From Felis catus (Eukaryota), in the NCBI RefSeq assembly GCF_018350175.1, contig NC_058373.1, positions 112,098,001 to 112,162,000 of the forward strand: 64,000 bases of DNA. The letters are read 5' to 3'. Positions 47,958-60,200 of the stretch are shown piece after piece. The notes beneath the pieces are model-generated. The model ran no database searches. It was not told the origin of the DNA and was given only the letters and a program-made list of their open reading frames with translations. How positions within the stretch are numbered: the stretch's first letter is position 1; the number at the start of each line of letters is the position of its first letter. A program made the position numbers and the translations under genes.

Positions 47958-48905
47958 AGCAGAAAAGAAGGAAGCTGAAAATCAATGCACTAAGTATCCC
48001 CTTTAAGAAGTTAGAAAAAGAATAGAAAGTTCATCCCAAAGAAACAAGAAGGAAGGAAATAATAAAGATAGGAGCTTACATTAATGAAAAAGAAAACATA
48101 TATGATAAAAGGATAATCAAAGAAAATAGTAGTTTTGTTTAAAAGATTAATATAGTGATAAACTCTCCCCAAAAAGGCACAAATAACCAATGTCAGAAAT
48201 GAAAAAAGGAAAGGGATATCACTATACATTCCACAAACATTGAACAGATAATAAAAAATATTATTTTTTTAAAAACTACATGCCAATAAATTTGAAAATT
48301 TAAATGAATTAGACATAATCCATAAAACGTGCATATAATTCAGCAAAACCAAATTTAATTTTTAAATTAATTCATGCTTAAAAACTTTCCAACACAGAAA
48401 ATTATAGGCCTAAATGGCTTCACTGTGAATTCTACAAAATATTTCAAGAAAAACTAATGCCAATTTTCCCATATGTTCTTCCACAGGAGACAAAAGGAAA
48501 GATCTCTTTAACTCATTGTTTAAGACCAGCATAATCCTGATATAAAAACTGGAATTACAAGGACATTACAAGAAAGGAACATTAGAGGCCCATCTCTCTT
48601 ATGACATTGATCTTTTTAAATTCTAAACAAATTCTAGGAAATACAACCTAGCAGTGTGAAAAAAAAAATTATACAGCACAATCAAACCAAAGTTATTTCA
48701 AAAATGCAATTGGCTTAACAGTAAAAAAAATCATTCAATGCAATCTGCTTCATTAATAAAATAAAGGAGATGAATTCTATGATCATCTCAGTAGATGCAG
48801 AAAAAGCAATTCATAAAATGCAAAATACATTAAAAAAATCTTGTAGCACACTGAAAATAGAAAGTAACATCCTTCGTTTGATAAAGGGTGTTTACAAAAC
48901 ACCTA

Positions 48906-49767
48906 AAATAAAACTGAAATTCTTAATTATCTGCTCCAAATCTGCTCTTCTCCTGGTCTTCCCCACCTCAGTAAAATGACACCTTTATCCACCCATTTGC
49001 TAAAGCTGAATACCTGAAAGTTATTATTTAGAGTTCAGTCTCTCTGTCTCCAACCAGCCTCACACTCAATCCATTTGCAATGTTTTGATTCTACTTCCAA
49101 ATATTTCCAGAGTTCATCCACTGTCTTCCATCTCTTTCATTACTACTCTGGGCTACCGCCATCTCTCACCTGCATTACTACCATAGACTTACAATAGATC
49201 TCCCAATTTCTATGCTTACCCCCTCCAAAGCATTATCCAAAACCACTTAGCAGACAAAGTGATAATCTTAAGATATTAATCATATAATATCACTGCCTGT
49301 TTAACAACTCCCCAATGTCCTTGGGGGGGAAAAAGTCCCAAATTCTAATGCTATTTTCTCTTTGCCCACTACATCATAGTGGCCTCTTTCAGTTCTTTGA
49401 ATCTGCCAAGCTAGTCCTCTCCCCAGCACTGCTTCTGTATGTGCAAGTTTCTTTTTCCCCCTTCGCAATGGCCAACTCTTACTCGATCTATAGGATTTAA
49501 CTTAAATGATACCTCTGCACACTTTCTCACTGCCCTATCCTTCCCTTTCTCAGAACTCTATACTTTTCCTTCAGAATTCCTATCAGAAATCTACATTATC
49601 TTATACTTTTACTTTTTAAACTCCTGTCTTCTTCACTATACTGTATACTCCACAAAGGCAAGAATCATGACTATTTTGTTGTCTTCTGTTTCATCTTTAT
49701 CTGTCCTGATGTCTAGTAATAATAAACATTCAACAAATCATTGTTGAGATAACAAATGAATGAATAC
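48906..49767 (+). mobile_element. L2 LINE, right part through the 3' end
   Basis: 'aaactgaaattcttaatt...ccaaatctgctcttctcctggtcttccccacctcagtaaaatgacacc' to 'caacaaatcattgttgag...aatgaatgaat'. Confidence 0.78.
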
Positions 49768-50789
49768 TTCATATATTCCAAATATATTAAAAGTGTATAC
49801 AGCTGTTTAGATTCCTTCCAGCATGCACATTTTGAGCCACCATTGTTAGTAGGTGTGACTATAAGCAGTTTCAGGCATATAACCTTGAGCTTTTAGACAA
49901 ACCTTGAAGCAAATGAGCACTGTGTTTCTCTTAGACCCATGCAATTAATTCTAGCTCCTAAAAACTCTTATCTCCTGTCACTAAGGTTTGCTACACATGG
50001 ATCTTATGGGAAGTTATTGCAAACAGGCATAAAAGCAACTAAAGGCAACATATTAAGAGTTAAAGGTTTTTATTCAGCTACAAATAGTTTTCTGGCTGAG
50101 CAGACTTCAAAGTCAAGTTAAAAACCTTCATTTTCGTGGTAAGCAAATAATGTTCCTAAAATAAAACAAATTGCCCAGCCAGTAATATTTATTTACAAAT
50201 GCCCTTTGACCACCTTCTAGAAATGCTAAATGATGGTAAAATTTCAAAAGGCAGCAGCACAACCAACGCAATCTTTTTGTTAAAAATATTACCACCTTAA
50301 GGTGGTAACCCCAGCAAAACAATCTTTATTAGTGTTGCAACTCATCTCTAACTCCAGAGTGATGCAAGATTAATTTGGTTATGCCTTTGTATTTCATTTG
50401 TTCTACCTGCAAAAAGTGGTTGCTATGCTATGCGAAAATAGAATCTGTAGAAGCCCTACATTGCTAATAAACTTTAATGATGGGATCAACTCCCTTAATA
50501 TCCCAGAAAGAGAAGAAATAAGATTTTCATTTTTATTCATAGTTGAAACACATGGCCAGACTTTGTGCCATGATTACAACCAGTTCTTTCTGGGATTAAA
50601 CTGAAATCAAAATCACCAGCTGATAATCTGATACCAAAAGGTAGTTAACTCACAAAGGGGAGGAGAAACACCCACTGTCTAAACCCTTACTTAAAGAAAG
50701 AGTCTAAGTAATTAAAGAGTCTAAGTAATTATCAAGCTGTGGACCCAAGATCATTTAAGGGCTACTGGTAAGGGCAACAAGGGCTTTGC

Positions 50790-50985
50790 TGGTGGTGAGT
50801 TCAAACTCCAACTCTTTCACATACAAGTTGTGTGACCCTAGGCAAGTCACCAAACATCACAAAGCTTCTATTTATCCAATTATAGAAAGAGGATAACAAT
50901 GCCCCCTCAAAAGTTTCCTGTGAGAAATTAAAGATTATCTACAGAAAGTACGTGGCACACAGTAGGAGTTCAATAAATGGTATTT
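50790..50985 (+). mobile_element. MIR SINE
   Basis: 'gagttcaaactccaactct...tgtgtgaccctaggcaagtcac...gtggcacacagtaggagttcaataaatggta'. Confidence 0.75.
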
Positions 50986-51429
50986 AGTGGAATAGACATT
51001 GGACTTTTTTTTTTTCTATTCCTCCTTTGTTAAAAATAGATGAAGAAAAGGAGAATGGGAACTAGCAAAAAAAATTTTCTTAAATACTAACATTCTTCCC
51101 GGGGATGTTTAATATTGCAAGGAAACCTAAAACCCATCGAAAAATGAATGTGAACTAGATAGAAACATAATTGGTCTCCAGGACTTTGTTATCTCATGTC
51201 ACCAAATTAACATTCTCTAATAAACTGACACCAAATTTGTATTACATTGAGAATAATTTTTGGAATCCCATGGGTGAGAGATAGTAAGGAAGGGAGGAGA
51301 GGAAGGAAATGGGAGAAAAAGGAAGGGGAAGGGAAGACACAGAAAGAAAGAGAAGAAAGACAGAAAGAAACCAACCAGCTCCATCCGGATTCAAGTTTGC
51401 TTATAAGCAGAAGGATATGAGACTCTCTT

Positions 51430-51572
51430 CTTCCCTCTGCTATATTCCTCATGAAGGCAAAGACCACAGCCACTCTGTTCACTTCTATATACCCAGTAGC
51501 TAGCACAGTGCCTGGAACATCATAGATATTTAATAAATAATTGTAGAATGTGCAAATGAATAAATGAATGAG
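51430..51572 (+). mobile_element. L2 3' terminal fragment
   Basis: 'ctagcacagtgcctggaacat...taataaataattgtagaatg...aatgaataaatgaatga'. Confidence 0.75.
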
Positions 51573-51929
51573 TGCTGCATATGTCCCTGGAGTCATTCAT
51601 CCTGCAACCAAGAACTTGAAAACGCAAAGGACTGATTTTATGCATTGACTCTAAGTATTTGGAAATGGAATTCCAGATATAGGTGTCCCCAGGTTTGTAC
51701 CTAGTAGTTGTTTCTTAACCATCTCTCTAGCCCTGCAGAATGGCCTTTTCAAATAAAGATTCGAGGATCTTGCAGGGTGGCCTCAATTTCAGCTCTCACT
51801 CTGCCAGTGTTCTCAGTTGCCTTATATTACAATTTCTGGCGCTAGATATTAAAATTCAGAAAGAACTGTTTAGAGACACTAGGTTGTACACACAAAAAAA
51901 ATCAAAGATAGAGCTGAGCAGTTAGAAAT

Positions 51930-53000
51930 CAGTCAATACAGTGTCTGCTCTTATTACCGAGAGATGCTTAATCTCATTATTCAGTTTCGGGAGAGAACAG
52001 GAGGCATATAGTGAAATTCAATACAGACAAAATATATAGCTTCACGTTAGCAACAGATAAGGTAATGTTGCAATTACCAATTTCAACATAAGTTTATCTG
52101 TCAATAATTACAGCTATTTAATCAAAACATTCTAAGAATATTTTTTGGTATATTGCGTATTAACATTTCTTATTCTATTAAAAATGAGTCAAATGCCCCC
52201 ATCAAATATATAAAGGCTACATAAATTTCACCTGGTTGATATGAACCACTAGATTTATGTTTTGAGACATTTTCTAAAACAATTCATAGGAACCTACTGC
52301 TACCATAACACAGAGCTGTGAGGATTAAATTTAATTGTGTATGTAGAAGTGCTTTATAAATATTTGGTGTATGTATGGTGACATTGTTTCTTGCTCAGCC
52401 CGTTATCATGTAATGTGTAATGAAGTCACTTTCCATCCTTACCTGCCTTTCTGGTAGAGGCAAGATTTTTCTTCTCTTTCCTTTTTAAACTAATGAGACT
52501 GTGAAAAAGCAATCTAAACCTCTCAGAAGCCACCATATTTCAGAAATGAAGTGATTTATGGGTAGTAATTACATTACAAAAAGTTTATACATCGTTTGGG
52601 CATCATTCAGGGAAAAAGGTATAGTATGTTACTGCCATTATTAAACCCCAAAGACTCATTGATCAAGAATATAAAGATCAGCCACTTGTTTTGTTAAGTA
52701 ATTAACTTAACTCTTCCCCATAGCTCCCATTCAGCCTTAGAATGATCCCGTTTCTCATTGGTAATGAGGGTCCCCAACAATATATTGAAAAGGGCTACTG
52801 AAAGGTGATACCAGTTAATTGCCAAAAGTAATTGTCATTTTGTAATCACATTATTATCTAATTTGCTGCCACTAGATCATTAAAGTGTCAATTATGCATC
52901 TCTGCTTTAATGTATTAATAAAAAAGGCAATCATTCATTTACTGCCTTTATAATTCCTGAGATAATTATACAACAGGCTGAAGATATATTTCTTCTCTGA
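51930..53000. promoter_or_regulatory. Candidate conserved non-coding enhancer
   Basis: Largely repeat-free, complex AT-rich DNA dense in TAAT/ATTA; PBX-HOX-type TGATTTATGG (52552-52561); MEIS-type CTGTCA (52098-52103); inference only. Confidence 0.4.
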
Positions 53001-53881
53001 CTCAGCAAACTCTGCTGCCATATTGAAGGCTCCAAAGGTTAGGAAATTAACATACCAGAACTGACTGTAAGAGGTAAAACCAAACATTCTCAGTCACTTC
53101 CTTCAAAGTGCCATAGGGCTGTTCATTCCATGGAATGGTGTGGTAAGGAAGAACTTGCCTCAGTAAAATGGTCTATTCCCTTTTTCTCCATTATTTCCCA
53201 AAGGAAAATATGAGTCAAGGAGAAAGAAAACCTTGTTCAGGAACAAGAAGGTGCTTTTCAGTTTGGTTTATAGGCCATGTGCTCTTGAGTGGGCATGTGG
53301 TTCAGGACAGGTTGCATTTCTAGGCCACAAGGGAAGATTTTTCATCTTGGAAAGTCTCATCTTGCCTGAGGAGATGTTTAAACATCTCTGCAGCACAGAG
53401 AAGGAGGCCAGGAGGGTCAAGTGATAGTCTAGAGACTATGTTTTCAGGGTTTGGTTACGTTATTGTGCTTGCAATTCTGTCAATTCCCACATAATAAGCC
53501 TGTATCATAAACAGGTACAAAAATCCATTCTGCAGATAAATAGAAATCATTTAAGGAGTCTCAATTTTGGATTATCTGTCCTAACTTTTAATATAAATAA
53601 TTGAGCTTCAACTCAGTTCAAGTGTCAATCTTTTTTATCAAAAAAGTTACGAGAAAAATAAGTTCTACTGTCGCGTGTCTTTTTGTCCACTCTTTTCTGT
53701 ATTTGCCACATTTGAGACTGCAGTAGTTGCATTAAGTGCTCCCTGGAGCTACATATAGCAGGATTCTTCAAGATATTGTGGAAGCCACTGCCTTCTCCCA
53801 AAAAGGATTCTGTCCAAGTGCTTCTCCAGATGTCAGAGTCCCACTGACATCCCTTTATTCATTCCATACATTGTTCTGGTG

Positions 53882-54097
53882 CAGAGGTCATCAAACTACA
53901 ATGGCAGGCGAATCCAGCCCACCTTCTGTTTTTGTAAATGAAGTTTTACTGAAACATAACCATGCCCGTTTGTTTACATATTGTCTCAGTCCCTTTCACT
54001 CGACATCAGAGTTGAATAGTTGCAACAGAGGTTGCATGACTCACAAAACCTAAAATATTTACTATCCGAAACTTTACAGAAAAATTGCCAATCCCTG
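53882..54097 (+). mobile_element. MER58A-like hAT-Charlie MITE, full length
   Basis: 'cagaggtcatcaaacta...tgtttttgtaaatgaagttttactgaaac...aaacctaaaatatttactatc...ttgccaatccctg'; 8-bp TSD ttctggtg/ttctactg. Confidence 0.88.
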
Positions 54098-54599
54098 TTC
54101 TACTGGGGTTTTTTCATTGTCTGTTACAGAATCTCCTTCCTTACAAATGGTGATCTTTGTTCTTACCTTGCTTGATGTTTCACTTTTCTTTTTTCTGGAT
54201 TATTCTTCTAAATGATAACATCTTTTTCAACTTCCAAAATTTAACTCTCTGTGACACTTCATCCACCTACTCCCCAGTGATTTTGATAACAGTTCCCCCA
54301 AGGAACTGTTGCTCAAAGATGCATGACAATTTCTCCTCTTGATCTGTAGCCTGATAAGGAATCACCCTCTAAGTGGATCTAAAAAGATGATTCGTTCCTG
54401 CAAGTAGTAGACATTTGATGAAGGTCCTTGCTATGCATCAGGCATTGATGCTGATAATAAGGCACTGATTCCATAAATAAAACACAGCCTTGACCTACCT
54501 AGAAACTCACAGTCTGGCAGGAAAGCCCTCGTACACTTTCCTCATACAGGAAAGCCCTCGTACACTACACTTGGAATTGTTGTTTATTTTAACACTTTC

Positions 54600-55105
54600 T
54601 TAGTTTACATGCCAAGAACTGTGTTAAGGGCTTTACATATATTAACTCATTTAATCTTCACAATAATCCTACGAGGAAGATGCTATTACTATCATTTTAA
54701 AGATTAAGAAAAAAAACTCAGGCATGAATAAAGGAATAGACATAAGTTAGGATCATAGCAAAAGTTTCGTGACTAAGGTCACACATTTATTAGCAAATTT
54801 ACACATTTAGTAGCAAAGCTGGAGGGCTCCTGGGTGGGTCAGTTGGTTGAGCATCAGACTCTTGATTGGGGCTCAGGTCATGATCTCATGGTTAGTGAGA
54901 TTGAGCCCCACGTCGGGCTCTGTGTTGACAGCGTGGAGCCTTCTTGGGATTCTCTCTCTCCCTCTCTCTCTGCCCCTCCCCCGCTTGCACATGTGCACTT
55001 TCTCTCTCTCTCTCTCAAAATAAAATAAATAAATATTTTTTAACAATTTAGCAAACCTGGGATTTGAACCCAAGCAGTTTGGCTCCAGAATCAAAACTCT
55101 TACCA
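54600..55105 (-). mobile_element. MIR SINE interrupted by a CAN-SINE
   Basis: 'ctttacatatattaactcatttaatcttcacaataatcct...aaggtcacaca' then 'ctgggatttgaacccaagcagtttggctccaga'. Confidence 0.8.
54823..55045 (+). mobile_element. CAN-SINE
   Basis: SINEC body and (CT)n tail; TSD tagcaaa(g/c)ctgg. Confidence 0.92.
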
Positions 55106-55667
55106 ATTTGTCAATACTAGCTTTTGTCTTTCCTTTCTGTGACCTGAGAAAAGACACTGCTTGCACATGGGACATCCCTGAATTCCCTGTCACATAACAT
55201 GCAGTGGATCTGAGTTACACTGTGCAGATACATACTCACTCCCCAGAATCAACCTGCTTCACTTTGTGGGGAGATAGGTGGGTGCTGGCACATTCATACT
55301 CCCAGCCATCTGGGGACACCCTATTTCTCAGATAATGATTATCTTATCAGACTAGAGCCTTTAAAAAAAGAAAAAAGGTGATTTTAACTCCCCTGCAGTG
55401 GGAGGGAAGAAACTATCATCTTATAGCAAAACTGAAGGCAGCTATTTCTGACTACCAGGGAGAGGCAAATTCCCCTTCAGGGGAGACAATTCTTTACTTT
55501 AGGAAAAATATTTTGCTCTATCTTAATAGGGTACTTTTATTTGGAACTTGGTTTGGGTTTATTTTTAAATTTTTGCAGTTATTGTAAAAAGCCCCTGAGC
55601 ATAGATGGAGAGGAGTTTGTGACAACAAAGAGAGTTGAACTGCTCTACATAATCAAGTGAAGAAAAA

Positions 55668-55928
55668 AATGTTTAAGCTTATTTATTTATTATTTATTTT
55701 GAGAGAAGAGAGACCTCAAGCCAGGGAAGGGCAGCGAGAGGGAGGGAGAGAGAGAGAGAGAGAGAAAGAAAGAGATAGACAGAGGGAGGGAGAATCCCAA
55801 GTGGTCTCTGTGCTAATAGCTAATAGCACAGAGCCTGGCATGGGGCTTGATCTCACAAACTGAGAGACCATGACCTCAGTGGATATCAAGAGTCAGATGC
55901 TTAACCAACTGAGCCACCCAGGCACCCC
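55668..55928 (-). mobile_element. CAN-SINE
   Basis: Reverse SINEC ending 'ctgagccacccaggcacccc'; TSD aagtgaagaaaa (55655-55666, 55930-55941). Confidence 0.92.
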
Positions 55929-56679
55929 TAAGTGAAGAAAATTTTAAGGGCACCCCAAAGAAAGAAGATAAGAAGCTTGGGATATATGAAAATGGAAGAA
56001 GTATAAAAAGTAAATATAAAAAACACCTAAAGAGAGAAGGAGGCCCCCAAAAATGTCCATGTGGTGGGGACATAGTCAGAGAAAATTGGCCAGGAGAAAT
56101 CCTCTGTATGAAGACAATCAGTGGCCTTTAGGACTACAATGCCTGATACCAAGTTTAAAGTTCGTTGCTGTGCTGTGTGATCCTGGGAAGGGTGGCAACT
56201 CCAGAGGAGATGGGACCAGTGAAGTGGGGGAGGGGCCATTGTGGGAGCAATATTGGTCATAAAAACAGCCACCTAATAAAAAGCACAATCACAACTGGAA
56301 AGGAAAAAGTAAACCTATCCCTATTCACAGATGCTATGAAAATAGCTCTATATGCTACATAGAAAATCCTAAGGAATCCACAATAAAACTATCTGAACTA
56401 ATAAAAAAATCTCAACAAGTTTGCGAGACATAAGATCAATACATAAAACTCAATTGTATTTCTATACACTAGCAATGAACAATCCAAAGATGAAATTAAG
56501 GAAATGATTCCATTTTCAGTAACATCAAAACAAATTAAATACCTAGGAATAAGTTTAACCAAAAAAAGTGTAAGACCTATATACTGAAACCAACATACCA
56601 TTATGGAGAAAATTAAAGACTTAAATGGAAAAACTTCCTATGTGCTTGGATAAGGGCACTTAAATATTGCTAAGATGAT

Positions 56680-56918
56680 GGGTTGCCTGGATGGTTCAGT
56701 CAGTTAAGCATCAGACTTTGGCTCAGGTCATGATCATATGGTTCGTGAGTTCAAGCCCCACATCGAGTTGGGTTCTGTGCTGACACCTCAGAGCCTGGAG
56801 CCTGCTCTGGATTCTGTGTCTCCCTCTCTCTCTGCCCCTCCCTCGCTTGTTCTCGCTCTCTCTCTCCTTCTCTCTCTCTCTCTCTCTCAAAAATAAACAT
56901 TAAATATATATATTTACT
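56680..56918 (+). mobile_element. CAN-SINE in the L1MB-like element
   Basis: SINEC body; TSD core taagatga on both sides. Confidence 0.9.
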
Positions 56919-57042
56919 TAAGATGACAATTTGCCCCAAATTGATCCAGATTCAATGCAATCCCTTAAAAAAAAAGTCCTTCTGCCTTTTTCACAGAAAT
57001 TGACAAGCTGATCCTAAATTCACTTAGAAATTCCAGAGACTC

Positions 57043-57228
57043 GGGGTGCCTGGGTGGCTCAGTCCGACTTCAGCTCAGGTCATGATCTCACATTCTGTGA
57101 GTTTGAGCCCTGCGTCGGGCTCTGTGCTGACAGCTCAGAGCCTGGAGCCTGTTTCAGATTCTGTGTCTCCCTCTCTCTCTGCCCCTCCCCTGCTCACACT
57201 CTGTCTCTGAAAAATGAATAAACCTTGA

Positions 57229-57277
<49 letters not shown>
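57043..57277 (+). mobile_element. CAN-SINE with a (GAAA)n tail and a small deletion at the A box
   Basis: Perfect 17-bp TSD agaaattccagagactc (57026-57042, 57278-57294). Confidence 0.95.
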
Positions 57278-57280
<3 letters not shown>

Positions 57281-60200
57281 AATTCCAGAGACTCACAATA
57301 GCCAAAGCAATTTTGAAAAATAACAAAGTTGGAAGAGACTTGTACTTCCTAATTTCAAAACTCACTACAAAGCTACAGTAATCAAGACAGTGTGCCTGCT
57401 GACTTAAGGATAGACATATAGAACAATAGAATAGAATCAAGAGACCAGAAATAAACTCATATACCTATGGTCAATTGATTTTCAATAGGGGAGAGGGTTC
57501 AATAGGGAAGAATAATCATTATGCAAATGGTACTAACACATGCAAAAGAATGAATTTGGATCCTATCTTACACCATACACAAAAATTCACTTAAAATGGA
57601 CCAAAGACCCAAATGTAATACCCAAAACTACAAAACTCTTGAAAGAAAACATAGGTATACATATTTATGATTTGGGATAAGGCAATGGTTTCTTAGACAC
57701 AACACCAAAACAGCAAGCAAGAAAAGGAAAAATAGAGAAATCAAATTTCATTAAAATTAAAAACTTTCATGCTTCAAAGATCAGCATCAAGAAAGTGAAA
57801 GACAAACCACCAGAATGGGAGAAAAATTTTGCAAATCGTGTATATAAGGGAGTTATATAAAGAATATATATATATTTATATAAAGAATATATATATTCTT
57901 TATATATATTTATATAAAGAATAAATTTTTTTAAATGCTTATAACTCAGCAATGAAAAGCCAATGCAGTTGAAAAATGGTCAAAGAATTTTGACATTTCT
58001 TCAAAAAAAAAATACACAAATGACTAACCAGACCATGAAAAGATGTCCAACAACATTGGTCATTAGGGAAATAAAAATAGAAATGACAATGGTACAATTC
58101 ATACCTACTAGGATAGTAATAATTAAAAAGATGAACAGTAGAGAGTGCTAGGGCAGATGTAGAGAAACTGGAACCTTCATATATGGCTAGTGGGAATTTA
58201 AAATGGTGCAGCCATTTTAGAGAACACTATAACAGTTCCTTAAAAGTTTGAACACAAAGGTACGGTATGATCATCTTACAATTCTATCCTACATATATGT
58301 CCAAGAGAGTTGGAATCATATGTCCACGAATATGATTGCTCATGAATGTTCATAGCAGCACTATTGATTTTATCCAAAAAGTAGAAATAACCCAAATACC
58401 CATCAGCTAATGGATAAACAAAATGTGATGTATCCAAACAATGGAATATTATCCATCAATAAGAAGGAAGAAAGTACTGATACATGTTACAATATGGATG
58501 AACCTTAAAACCTTATGCTGAGTTAAAGAAGCCAGGTACAAAGGGCCACACATTGTGTGATTCCATCTATGTGAAATTTCCAGAGCAGGCAAACCCATAG
58601 GGACACAAAGTGGAATGGTGGTTCCCAGGGGCTGGGGGCAGTGGGTGATGAGAAATGACTGCTAATGAATATGAAATTTCTTTTTTAGAAGAATTAAGAT
58701 GTTTTGGAATTATAGTGATGGTTGCACAACTTTGTGAAATACGAAAAACCACTGAATTGTACAACTTTAAAAGCAGGAATTATATGATATGCAAATTATG
58801 CCTAATGTTTTTTAAAAACCTCCTTTTCAGCAAATACAATCAAAAGAAGGTGACCTTGAAAAGGGAAGGAAATAGTTGGCAGAGGAGGGCATCCCCTCAT
58901 TCCTAGAGAAAGACCATAGAAAAAGAGTATTCTCCCTCTCCCTCTCTCTCTCTCCCTCTGTCTTTTTAATTCAAGAGAATTAAATGTGGTTTCTAAGGCA
59001 TTCATGTTTGAAGTAATGCACCAAATAGCAATTTCATCTAATCTAGAAAGTGGTTTCAGACAGTTCTGATTGAAAAGAAAGGGAAAAGAGATTTCCAAAC
59101 TGACGTGCTGTGGGCAGATGTTTTTTGCTTTTTAAAGTGGCAGGAATTCAAAGGAAGTGTGTGTAGGATTCTCTGGCTGCAGTAAAGGCTTCAATCTCAG
59201 AAGACTAGGAACGTTCTCTGAAAAGCAAGCTGAGAGTGAACTTGTGGCCTGAAAGCCAGCCCCAGCTGGGCGCCACCCCAGTGCAAGGAGTGAGGGCACA
59301 CAGCAGGGCAGGCCAGGAGATCTGTAGCAGAATTAACTGGGCCCTTACCCCAACACAACCTTCTAAGGGGCCTGTGCTGGGGCTTGTGGGTTCAGGGCTG
59401 CTCCACGCCACACAGGTCTCTCCATGAGACTATGACCAAGCCCATTTCTGTGACCCGGTTGGTAACTTGAACAAATGGAAGAAAAAAAGTGCTCCTCCCA
59501 GTTCTGTCCCTCAACCCCCTAGTTTGTATTCTCTTTTTACTCGAATTTGTTTTCCATAATGTAATAAGCACCTGCATTGGTCAAAATTGGCTGTTAACCT
59601 TATAAGATCAGTCAAGGCCCCATGAGACTTGGGACTTAATTCTTCCTGGAGGGCCACGTGGATACTGGAGGAGCAGGAAGATAAAGGAAGAAGGCTGTGG
59701 CCAATGGGGCAGAGGTAGAATATGTGGGATATCCTAGAAGACCTGGGAAGCATCCCATGGTAAAACCCAACCACTCACTCTACTGCTACCCAAGGCTCAG
59801 ACTAAAGACCTCTTTCCCCATAAGGACAAAGTAGGAGGTAGCTAGCGCACAGGCAAAACACCAGCACCGCCCAGGATCTGAAAGCCCATCAGGAGAAAAG
59901 TAGTATCACCTCTTCCTGCCTCATCATCAGGGAACAGCAACATTCACCATGGACAGCCCAGAGCATGGACCCTTCTCTGCAGCTCAGCCAGAAACAGTGG
60001 GGCCCCTGTCTCTAGTTTCCTCTGCAGAAGAGACCAGCCACCATTCAACAAGAAGTGAAGGGGTCTACCATACAGGTTCTAGCCCCCTATACCTGGGCAT
60101 CTCCAAAACCACCTCCTGTTAATGTTGTGGGCTTTAGCTGCAGTTCTGAAATTGGATGGCCCCAAATTCAAATTTCACCTCTTCTACTAACAAGCTAAGT

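Larger units (their letters stand above)
46520..48905 (+). mobile_element. Ancient degraded L1 (inter-ORF region and ORF2 EN to RT remnants)
   Basis: 'caggaagatacaacaatcc', 'ataggcctaaatggcttcactgtgaattctacaaaatatttcaagaa', ORF 'MIISVDAEKAIHKMQ'. Confidence 0.8.
56290..58820 (+). mobile_element. 5'-truncated old L1 (L1MB-like): ORF2 3' half and 3'UTR, interrupted by two SINEs
   Basis: 'ctattcacagatg...atagaaaatcctaaggaatccaca' at the start; L1MB-type 3'UTR 'gtgatggttgcacaactttgtgaa...aaaaccactgaattgtaca'. Confidence 0.88.

Noticed and set aside
50697..50730. 17-bp tandem duplication aaagagtctaagtaatt (similar 15-bp case near 26012)
   Set aside because: Ordinary slippage-type micro-duplications.
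52866..52882. Partial CTCF-like 'ccactagatc'
   Set aside because: Lacks the GGC 3' part of the core.
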